A stretch of 63,961 nucleotides of DNA, filler included, from an uncultured bacterium (GTDB taxonomy: Bacteria > CAYJRR01): the NCBI GenBank assembly GCA_964372275.1. It is 3 parts of 3 records of this genome, joined end to end, with 100 filler letters (N's around TTAATTAATTAA, not from the genome) between each part and the next. Parts side by side here need not be neighbours in the genome. Positions count along the whole stretch, not along the records: positions 30,309 to 60,128 come from CAYJRR010000054.1; positions 60,229 to 63,961 come from CAYJRR010000211.1; 1 more part is not named here. One strand, given 5' to 3'. Each line of letters starts with the position of its first letter. The stretch's first letter is position 1. Below are positions 55,783-63,961 of this stretch, piece by piece. The position numbers were made by a program, and so were the translations under genes. A model generated the notes under the pieces. That model saw only the letters and a list, made by a program, of their open reading frames with translations. It was not told the DNA's origin and did not search any database.

Positions 55783-56613
55783 CTACACGGCCGGCCTCGT
55801 CTCGGCCCGGGGTGCGGAAGCCCCGCGCCGCCAAAGCCAGATCCCCAACGCGACCGCGATCATGCCGCCGCCGACGGCGCGGGAGGAGGAGATCGCGTCG
55901 CCGAAAAGAGCCGGGAGGAGGAAGCCTCGGGCCTCGTCGGCGCGCAGCCCCTCGAGGACGATCCGGGTCAAGCCGGCCAGCCCCAGGACGGCGACGAACG
56001 CTTCGCCGTCGAACCGGCGGCGGCGGAACGCCCACCATCCCAGCGCCCACAGGACGCCGCCCTCCAGGACCTGCAGCAGCTGGACGGGAACGAGCGGCAC
56101 CCCGCGCAACGAGGGCGGGATCGCCGCCGCCGGATCGCCGAACGCCATCGCGAACCGCGAATCGCTCGCCGGCCCGTAGCAACAGCCGGCGACGAGGCAC
56201 CCGAGCCGCCCGATCGCCTGCCCGATCCCCAGCGTCGGGGCGATGCAGTCGAGCGCCGGCCACAAGCGCACGCCGAGCCGCCAGGCCGCGCCGACGCCGA
56301 CGGCGATCCCGAGCAGGAGGCCGCCGAAGTACATCATCCCCCCTTGCCAGACCTTGAAGGCGGCCATCGGATCGCCCTCGAACTCCCGAGCGTGGACGAG
56401 CACGTACATGACCCGACCGCCCACGAGCCCCCCCAGGATGGCGAGGAACGACGCGTCGAGGAACCGGTCGTGCGGAAGGCCCTGTTTCCGCGCGTAGCGG
56501 ACCCCGAGGCCCATCACCACCAGGAGCGAGATGCCGACGAAGGCGCCGTATCCACGGATCGGCAGGTCGCCGACGAGGGGAAGCCCGTGCAGCCAGACCA
56601 GGATCGGCTTCAC
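55783..56613 (-). CDS. lgt: Prolipoprotein diacylglyceryl transferase (downstream copy)
   Basis: YG, GGRVMYV, GGMMYFGG, IGRLGCLVAGCCYG, PVQL, RIVLEGLR. Confidence 0.9.
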   Translation of the reverse strand: MKPILVWLHGLPLVGDLPIRGYGAFVGISLLVVMGLGVRYARKQGLPHDRFLDASFLAILGGLVGGRVMYVLVHAREFEGDPMAAFKVWQGGMMYFGGLLLGIAVGVGAAWRLGVRLWPALDCIAPTLGIGQAIGRLGCLVAGCCYGPASDSRFAMAFGDPAAAIPPSLRGVPLVPVQLLQVLEGGVLWALGWWAFRRRRFDGEAFVAVLGLAGLTRIVLEGLRADEARGFLLPALFGDAISSSRAVGGGMIAVALGIWLWRRGASAPRAETRPAV

Positions 56614-57599
56614 GGCGCGCCCCCTCCCGTCCCGGATTCGGCCACGGCCGCCGCGACCGGGGCCGGCGCGACCGATCCGGCGGCGAGCGGCCGCCGGCGC
56701 CGACGCCACAGGCGCGGCGCGACCACCAGCGTCGCGGCCAGCACCGCGACCGAGATCCACTGGCTGGTGGTGAACGGACCGTGCGTCACGCGCTGCTCGT
56801 CACCACGAAAGAATTCGTTTATCGGGCGCCAGATCGAGTAGGCGACGAGGAAGACGAGCGACAACTGCCCTTCGAAGCGCCGGCCCGGCCGCATCCGGTA
56901 CAGCGCCGCGGCCAGCGCGAAGGCGAAGGCCGCCTCCATCAGCTGCGTCGGATAGAGGATCGGGCCGTGCAACCCGTCGGCGCGGTGGCCGAGCGCGCGC
57001 AACCATCCGGCAGGAATCGGTCGGCCGAAGCAGCAACCCGCGAGGAAGCAACCGACCCGGCCGAAGCCGAGCCCGACCGCCGCCGGCGCCGCCGAGAGGT
57101 CGGTCAGCGTCCAGAAGCCGTAACCTCGCCGCCGCCCGAAGAGGTACAGAGCCGGCAGGCCGAGCAGGAAGCCGCCGTAGAAGACGAGCCCTCCGTTCCA
57201 CACGGCGAAGACGGCCTGCGGGTGGAGGAGGTAGTAGCGCCCGAGATTCCACGGGCGAGTGACTTCGTGGCTCTCGCCGGCCATGCGGCAGAAGAGATGC
57301 ATCCACCCGGGGACGGTCCGCTGCCCGACGCCGGTGGCCGGGTCGACCACCGCCGGCACCGGCAGCTCGATCCAGGGGGACTCCAGGAAGACGTGTCCCA
57401 GCCGCGCCCCCACCAGCCCCACCACCAGCGCGACCAGCGATAGGTCGAGAACGTCGATGACGCGCATGCCGTCGGCGCGCGCGTCGCGCACCCCCAGGCT
57501 CGTCGCCACCAGGAAGGCGACGGTCATCATCAGGAAGAAGCTGGGGAGGTCGAGCGCCCCGATCAGCGGGAGTTCGGTCTCGAACAGGAGAGGACGCAC
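56610..57599 (-). CDS. lgt: Prolipoprotein diacylglyceryl transferase (upstream copy, with insertion)
   Basis: GARLGHV, GGLVFYGG, GRVGCFLAGCCFG, YPTQLME, RPINEFFRGD. Confidence 0.9.
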   Translation of the reverse strand: MRPLLFETELPLIGALDLPSFFLMMTVAFLVATSLGVRDARADGMRVIDVLDLSLVALVVGLVGARLGHVFLESPWIELPVPAVVDPATGVGQRTVPGWMHLFCRMAGESHEVTRPWNLGRYYLLHPQAVFAVWNGGLVFYGGFLLGLPALYLFGRRRGYGFWTLTDLSAAPAAVGLGFGRVGCFLAGCCFGRPIPAGWLRALGHRADGLHGPILYPTQLMEAAFAFALAAALYRMRPGRRFEGQLSLVFLVAYSIWRPINEFFRGDEQRVTHGPFTTSQWISVAVLAATLVVAPRLWRRRRRPLAAGSVAPAPVAAAVAESGTGGGAP

Positions 57600-57610
57600 G
57601 CCGCCGCCCC

Positions 57611-58216
57611 CTACGGCGATCCGCCCGCGTCCGGCGACGGACCGGCCGGCTTCGCCTCCGGCGCCTCGAGGACTTCCGCCCGCTCGGCGCGCTTCGGCAG
57701 GAGGCTCTCCAGCAGGAGGAGCCCGGCCCCGATCGAGATGCAGATGTCGGCCACGTTGAAGGCCGGCCAGTGGCAACCGAACGCCCTGCTGCAGCCGAAC
57801 CTGGAGACCATCCATTCGGCCCGGGTGTAGAAGTCGAGGAAGTCGACGACCCTCCCCACCGTGATCCGGTCGATCAGGTTCCCGATCGCCCCGGCCAGCA
57901 CCAGCGAAAGCGCCCAGAGGAAGATCCGTTGATCGGGGCGCGCCGACCGCGCGAGCCAGAGAACGGTCGCCACCGCGCCGATCGAGATGGCGACGAAGAC
58001 CCCGACGCGCAGCGAATCCGGCTGCAGGTTTCCGAGCATCCCCCACGCGGCGCCCGGGTTTCGGGTGAGGATCAGGTCGAACAGGCCGGGAATGATCGTC
58101 TCACCGCGCCCCTCGACGTTGCCGAAGTGGCGAACGACCCACCACTTTGTCAGCTGGTCGATCGCGACGGCGATCACCGAGACGATCGTCAGCAGACGGA
58201 CCTTCTCGCGCGTCAC
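57611..58216 (-). CDS. lspA: Lipoprotein signal peptidase II
   Basis: DQLTK, NPGAAWG, GAIGNLIDR, VVDFL, WPAFNVAD; follows ileS. Confidence 0.95.
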   Translation of the reverse strand: MTREKVRLLTIVSVIAVAIDQLTKWWVVRHFGNVEGRGETIIPGLFDLILTRNPGAAWGMLGNLQPDSLRVGVFVAISIGAVATVLWLARSARPDQRIFLWALSLVLAGAIGNLIDRITVGRVVDFLDFYTRAEWMVSRFGCSRAFGCHWPAFNVADICISIGAGLLLLESLLPKRAERAEVLEAPEAKPAGPSPDAGGSP

Positions 58217-58241
58217 CGCCGGGCCCGCCTCGTCGAACCGG

Positions 58242-60128
58242 TCACGCCGCCACCGCCCGGACGCACCGCGCGCAGATCGCCTCCGCCTCCAGCCCCTCGT
58301 ACCAGAGCCAACAACGGGGGCACTGATTCCCTTTCGCGTGCTCCACACGGACGGTGTAGCCGGGCCCCGCCGAGGCGGCAACCGAGAACTGGGAGACCCC
58401 CAGCGCCTCCCGCAAGGCCCCCTCGTTCCGCTCGAACCAGGCCCGCGAACGGTCGCCTTCCCCCGGTGCCTCGACCGTCACCCGCGCATCGGAGGCGCTG
58501 CCGACGAGCGTGGCGTCCAGCTCGTCGAGGCGCGCCCGCTCCGACGAGGTCGCCGCCTCCTTCTTGTCGCGAAGCGCCTTCCGTTCCTTGAACAGCGGCT
58601 CCTGCGCGTCGCGCAACTCCTCCAGCTTCTTGAGCACCATCGCGCGAACCTCGAGGATCGTCTCCCACCGGGCGGCGAGCGCCGCGTCGCTCCACGCCGC
58701 CGGCGCCTCGGGGAACCGGGCCAGGTGCACGCTCGCCTCCTTCCCGCTCCACGCCGGCATCGACGACCAGATCTCCTCGGCCGTGAACGCCAGCACCGGC
58801 GCGAGCGCGCGATCGAGCGCGGAGAGGATCGCCAACAGCGCCGACTGTGCCGCGCGGCGGGACGGCCATTCCCGCCCATCGCAGTAGAGGCGGTCCTTCA
58901 GGAGGTCGGCGTAGAAGGCGCTCAAGGTGACGGTCGAGAAGTTGACCGCCGCGTGGTAGATGGCGTGGAACTCGAACGCGTCGTAGGCCCGCCGCAGCTC
59001 GCCGAGCAGCTCCGCGGTGCGGTGGAGCAGGTAGCGGTCGAGCTCGCCCATCTCGGAGAGCGGAACCGAGTGACGGTCGGGATCGAACCCGTCCAGGCTC
59101 CCCAGCACCCACCGCGCGGTGTTCCGGATCTTGCGGTAGCTCTCCGCGACCCGGCTCATGATCTCGTCCGACAGACGGATGTCCTCGCGGTAGTCGCTGG
59201 CCGCGACCCAGAGGCGGATCAGCTCCGCGCCGCTCTGCGCGATCACCTTGTCGAAGGCGACGTAGTTCCCCTTCGACTTCGACATCTTCGTGCCGTCGGC
59301 GGCGACGACGAAGCCGTGCGTGAGGCACGCGCGGTAGGCGCTCCTTCCGCGGGTCCCGACCGACGCCAGGAGCGTCGAGTGGAACCAGCCCCGGTGCTGA
59401 TCGCTCCCCTCCAGGTAGAGGTCGACCGGGAATCCCAGCGAGGGCCTCGGCTCGCAGACCGCCGCGAACGAGACGCCGGACTCGAACCAGACGTCGAGGA
59501 TGTCCTCTTCCTTGGTCCAGTCCTGCGCACCGCACGCCGGGCAGCGCGCCTCGCCCGCCAGCTCGCTCGCCGCACGCGCATACCACGCGTCGGCCCCTTC
59601 GGTCTCGAACAGCGACGCCACCCGGTCGACGAGTTCTCGCGTCGCATGCGTCTCGCCGCACCGATTGCACCGGAACGCGACGATCGGCACCCCCCACACC
59701 CGCTGCCGCGAGATGCACCAGTCGGGCCGCTTGGAGATCATCCCGTGGATCCGCTCCCGGCCCCACGCCGGGATCCACGTCGTCCGGTCGATCTCGGCCA
59801 GCGCCCTCTCGCGCAGGCCGTTCTTCTCCATCGAGATGAACCACTGCTCGGTGGCGCGGAAGATCACCGGGCTCTTGCAGCGCCAGCAGTGCGGGTAGTC
59901 GTGGGTGATGGTGCGGGTCGCGACCAGGGCGCCGTTCGCGCGCAGGCGATCGACGATCTTGGGGTTCGCCTTGAAGATGAACTCCCCGGCGAACTCCCCC
60001 GCCTCCGCGGTCATCACCCCGCGGTCGTCGACCGGCACCAGCACGTCGAGCCCGTGCTGCCTTCCGAGATGGAAGTCGTCGGCGCCGTGTCCGGGGGCGA
60101 TGTGCACGCATCCGGTTCCGGCCTCGAG
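58242..60128 (-). CDS. ileS: Isoleucyl-tRNA synthetase (5'-partial, contig end)
   Basis: GTGCVHIAPGHG, DWCISRQRVWGVP, EGSDQHRGWF, KMSKS, C-terminal zinc finger CPRCW...CARC. Confidence 0.97.
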   Translation of the reverse strand, partial: LEAGTGCVHIAPGHGADDFHLGRQHGLDVLVPVDDRGVMTAEAGEFAGEFIFKANPKIVDRLRANGALVATRTITHDYPHCWRCKSPVIFRATEQWFISMEKNGLRERALAEIDRTTWIPAWGRERIHGMISKRPDWCISRQRVWGVPIVAFRCNRCGETHATRELVDRVASLFETEGADAWYARAASELAGEARCPACGAQDWTKEEDILDVWFESGVSFAAVCEPRPSLGFPVDLYLEGSDQHRGWFHSTLLASVGTRGRSAYRACLTHGFVVAADGTKMSKSKGNYVAFDKVIAQSGAELIRLWVAASDYREDIRLSDEIMSRVAESYRKIRNTARWVLGSLDGFDPDRHSVPLSEMGELDRYLLHRTAELLGELRRAYDAFEFHAIYHAAVNFSTVTLSAFYADLLKDRLYCDGREWPSRRAAQSALLAILSALDRALAPVLAFTAEEIWSSMPAWSGKEASVHLARFPEAPAAWSDAALAARWETILEVRAMVLKKLEELRDAQEPLFKERKALRDKKEAATSSERARLDELDATLVGSASDARVTVEAPGEGDRSRAWFERNEGALREALGVSQFSVAASAGPGYTVRVEHAKGNQCPRCWLWYEGLEAEAICARCVRAVAA

Positions 60129-60228
60129 NNNNNNNNNNNNNNNNNNNNNNNNNNNNNNNNNNNNNNNNNNNNTTAATTAATTAANNNNNNNNNNNNNNNN
60201 NNNNNNNNNNNNNNNNNNNNNNNNNNNN
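60129..60228. other. Artificial contig linker
   Basis: N44-TTAATTAATTAA-N44. Confidence 0.99.
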
Positions 60229-62893
60229 GGCCGCTTGTCCCCCGATCGTGCCCGAGGACGCTGCGGCGACCGTGGTCGCCTCGCGCGGTCGCTGCCTCGC
60301 CATCGACGCACGCGGCTCGACCGACAAGGACGGGGCGCCGATTCCCGAAGGCCGTTTCCGTTACCAGGTCCTCGGATCGGCCGGGACCTCCGTGCCCGCC
60401 CTCGCATCAAACGATGCGGTGCAGGTCCTCGACTCCGCCTTCCGGCTCGCGGCGCCGACCGGCTCCGTCTTCGAGGTCCGGATCGAAGCGCGCGATCGGA
60501 ACGGAAACCCCGGGTCGGCGTCGGTGAACGTGGTACTGACCAACGCCGCGCCGATGGCCGCCGCGGGACCCGCGCGCGCGGTCCTCGTCGGCGGCTCTCC
60601 GTGGGCGCCGGGGGTCGAACCGATCCTCGAGTTCCGCGCCGACGACTCGCTCGACCCCGACGGCGATCCGATCCGCGCCTGCTGGACCTTTCCCGGGGAA
60701 AGCCCGGTCTGCGGCGACTACGGTCCGACGCCGCCTCCCGTGACGCATGCCGTCCCGATCGCCGAGCCGGGGCGGTACGTCGCGACGGTCGTGGTGGACG
60801 ACGGACGGGCCGTGTCGCGCCCCGCGCTCGCCACCGTGGAGATCGGACCGCCGCCGCTGTGGATCGTCTCGACGTCGGATGCCCGCGTCGAGCGGGTGGA
60901 CGTCGAATCGCGCGAGATCGCGATCACGAACCTCCCCGACCCCGGGTACGTCGTCACCGCCGCCTTGACGTCCGGAGGGAACGTCGTCGTCGGCTACCAG
61001 AACCCCAACGACGAGTTCCGGTCCTATCTGACCGCCGGATCGCTGTACGGTGAGGGTCCGTTCGGCGCCGGATTCCTCGCCGGCGGCTACAACAACGTGC
61101 AGGCCGCCATCGGTCCCGACGGAACGACGGTCATGGTGCTCCAACGGGACGCGCCGAAGGTGCTCCGCACGTACACGACGCAGCCGTCGCTCGCCGAGAT
61201 CGGCATCTCCGTCTCGATCGACGCCGACATTCTTCCGGACGCATCTCTACCGTACGCCATGCTCGTCGATCGGTCGGGCGCGACCTGGATCGCACCCCGT
61301 CTGCTGGCGCCGGGAGCCCCGTCCGCGCAGGGAAGGCTGGTGCGGGTCGCGAACGGCACCGCGTCGATGGTGGTCTCGAACGACTGGGTCGACTTCACCG
61401 GCCTCGGAATGAGGCCCGGCACCGACGAACTCTGGGCATCGTTGGAGACCTTTCCGGACGGCATCGATCCGGAGGTGATGTCGCCGGGGATCTACCTCCT
61501 CGACACCACCGACACACCGCCGATACCGGTGCTCGTTTCGGAAGGGGCGAGCGTGGCCGGACTTGCATGGATCGACGCATCGCAGCTGTGGATCGCGATC
61601 CCCGGCGACGGACTCCGCCGGGTCGACGCGGAGGCGCTCGCGGTCGGGACGGCCACCACGATCGACGAGGCGACGATCGTGCGCGTACCGGAGTCCGGGG
61701 TGCTGCGGGACCTGCTCGTCGATCCCGGAAACGGCGATTGCCTGGCCACCATCGACGACGGTCCCGGCGGTCAGTCCGCGATTCGCGTCTCGATCGACGG
61801 ACGCGTCCTGGCGATCGACCCGATCGACTTCTACGCCCAGCGATTCTTCGTCGGCCCCCGCGGGGAGGTCGCCCAAACGAGCAACATCGCGCCCGGTCTG
61901 CACCTCTCTCGTGCGCTTGGTGTTGACGCCGCGCTCGTGCACCGCACCGTTCCGCTCGCGCCGCTCGGAGGGGCCGGCCCGGACGGATTGGGCGGGCTGT
62001 GGGTGCAGGTCTTCGGGCCGTCCGGACTGGAGCGGTTCTCCGCGGATGGAACCCTGCTCACGCTTCTGGACGAGGTCCAGGACGCCGCCGGGAACCGCTT
62101 TCCCTTTCCCCGGCTGACCGCCTTCCGCGTCTCGCCGGACGGGACGGGCGCCTGGGGGCTGGCCGGGAGCGTCGTCACCCCGTCTCTCGCGCGCTTCGAC
62201 TTCACGACGTCCCCGGCCACGTTCCACGAGGTCTTGGCGCCGGCGTCTTCCAACACCGCCATCCAGCGCCTCTTCCCCTCGGCCCCGGTGCCGTCCTCGA
62301 CGCCGTTCGCGTGGGCGTGGGACACGAGGACCGATCCGTCGAGCATCGGGGCCTTCGCGCCGAACGGCACGTACACGCCGGCCGTCACGCTCACCGCCGG
62401 CGAGAACCTGTCGTTCCGGGGGCTGGCTCTCTCGACCGCAACGAACGAGCTGTGCGCCTCGATCGAGACCGGCGCGTCGGTCCCCAATCTCTACCGGATC
62501 CCGCCGCCGGGCGCCGGCTCGAGACGCCTGCTCGCGACCCTCGGCACCGCGCACGGGATGGTCGACACCGACGCCTTCGCCGACGGCGAGAGCGACGTCT
62601 GCTGGTTCCTCCTTGCGAACGACCTCACCCAAGAGACCCGCGTCATCGCCTACGCCGCGGAGGGGGGCGCGGCGCTCCACGACGCCACGCTTTTCCTTGG
62701 GGCCTCGCCGAAGTCGCTGGCCGCCACGTCCGACTCGCAGGTCTGGCTACTGGTCGTCTCCTACTCGACGGGGCGCGCGCGGAAGGTGCGGCTCGACTTC
62801 ACCGACGTCGACTCCGCGATCGTCACCTCGACCGCCGAGTCGCCCCCCACCGGCAGCATCTACACCCTCCCGTCGGCCACCTCGAGCGACTGA
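60229..62893 (+). CDS. Large extracellular PKD / beta-propeller protein (5'-partial)
   Basis: Frame open from the contig start; DARGSTDKDG and NAAPMAAAG...SLDPDGD PKD-like units; propeller-like VDRSGATW, PDGLGGLW, VSPDGTGAW. Confidence 0.7.
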
Positions 62894-62956
62894 TCTCGGC
62901 TCGACGGTCCGACGTGGCGCTTGTGCGGTCGGAGCGAGAGTCCCTACGATGCCGGC

Positions 62957-63760
62957 GTGCTGGAGCTGTTCGACAGTCATTGCCACCTCGATTCCCCGGA
63001 GCTGACCGGAGACGTCGACGCCGTCGTCGCGCGCGCGCGGACGGCGGGGGTGCGGTACCTGGTGAACATCGGCAGCGGCTACGGACCGGAGGAGGCGGAG
63101 AAGGCGGTCCGCACCGCCGAGCGGTTCGACGGCGTCTGGGCCACGGTCGGCGTCCATCCCCACGACGCGGCGAAGGTGACGCCGGACGTGCTGCGGCGGA
63201 TGCGCGCGCTCGCGGCGGCGCCGAAGGTCGTCGCCTGGGGGGAGATCGGTCTCGACTACCACTACGACCTCTCGCCGCGCGACGTGCAGAATCAGGTCTT
63301 CTGGGAACAGGTCGATCTGGCGCTCGACCTCGACCTGCCGATCTCGCTTCACGTGCGCGACGCTGCGACCGACGTGATCGTCCATCTGCGCGACGTGAAG
63401 GCGCGGGTCGGCGATCGGCTGCGCGGTGTCTGGCACTGCTTCACCGAATCGCCGGAGCACGCCGAGGAGGCGGTCGAGCTCGGGTTCTACGTTTCGATCC
63501 CCGGAATCGTGACCTTCCCAAAAGGGGAGAACGTCCGCCGCGCCGCCGCCGCCGTCCCGCTCGCGCGCCTCCTGGTGGAGACCGACAGCCCCTACCTCGC
63601 CCCGATCCCCTACCGCGGCAAGACCAACGAGCCGGCGTACGTGGTCGAGACGGTGAAGAAGGTGGCGGAGGTGAAGGGGATCCCGTTCGAGGAGGCGGCC
63701 GAGGCGACGACGCGAAACGCGCTCGCCGCCTACGAGATCGGTCTCGACGCCCCGCGTTAG
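62957..63760 (+). CDS. tatD: TatD-family hydrolase/nuclease
   Basis: DSHCHL, GVHPH, GEIGLDY, LHVRDA, HCF, ETDSPYLAP..YRGKTNEP. Confidence 0.95.
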   Translation: MLELFDSHCHLDSPELTGDVDAVVARARTAGVRYLVNIGSGYGPEEAEKAVRTAERFDGVWATVGVHPHDAAKVTPDVLRRMRALAAAPKVVAWGEIGLDYHYDLSPRDVQNQVFWEQVDLALDLDLPISLHVRDAATDVIVHLRDVKARVGDRLRGVWHCFTESPEHAEEAVELGFYVSIPGIVTFPKGENVRRAAAAVPLARLLVETDSPYLAPIPYRGKTNEPAYVVETVKKVAEVKGIPFEEAAEATTRNALAAYEIGLDAPR

Positions 63761-63809
63761 TGGAGGGAGTCCCCGCCTGGCCGTACAATGAGCGGTCGGG
63801 GGTGGACCG

Positions 63810-63961
63810 ATGCGTCGGCGGGGCGGGGGGCTGCTCCATGCGCTCGCGGCGACCCTGGGGGTCGGCCTGGGGCTCGCCTGCCGGTTCGAGACCGAGGCCG
63901 AGCTCGAGCCGGCCACGGTCGACGAGGTCGTCGTCTCGCCGGACGCGCCGATCGTCCCGAC
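63810..63961 (+). CDS. Putative lipoprotein, 3'-partial
   Basis: MRRRGG, hydrophobic stretch, GLAC lipobox; runs off the window. Confidence 0.5.
   Translation, partial: MRRRGGGLLHALAATLGVGLGLACRFETEAELEPATVDEVVVSPDAPIVP

Overview
Very GC-rich DNA of a Myxococcota/deltaproteobacteria-like organism. The taxonomic call is an inference from several PilZ proteins, MYXO-CTERM-like tails, an MJ0042-type zinc-ribbon/TPR protein and a deltaproteobacterial-type pilin. The window is three assembly contigs (1-30208, 30309-60128, 60229-63961) joined by artificial N44-TTAATTAATTAA-N44 linkers, so adjacency across the linkers means nothing. Most content is housekeeping and cell envelope: methylmalonyl-CoA mutase, tatBCC, HDAC, two cyclophilins, a TonB receptor/lipoprotein cluster, PBP1A, recN, deoC/add, the end of an rRNA operon, a DEAD-box helicase, radC, an ABC exporter, selB, ileS-lspA-lgt-lgt and tatD. 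I saw no CRISPR array, prophage or transposase. Best candidates for something undescribed: (1) a Fur-boxed iron-uptake locus whose FTR1 permease is fused to two complementary-degenerate P19/FetP-like domains, flanked by cytochromes c and two porins, one with a Cys/His repeat tail; (2) two tandem TatC paralogues that each keep only one of the two twin-arginine-binding glutamates; (3) a surface-anchored subtilase that has lost its catalytic His, Ser and oxyanion Asn; (4) a DeoC with a microcompartment encapsulation-peptide-like extension, coupled to adenosine deaminase; (5) a triple direct-repeat operator over the recN promoter. All family calls come from motifs recognised by eye; no database search was run.
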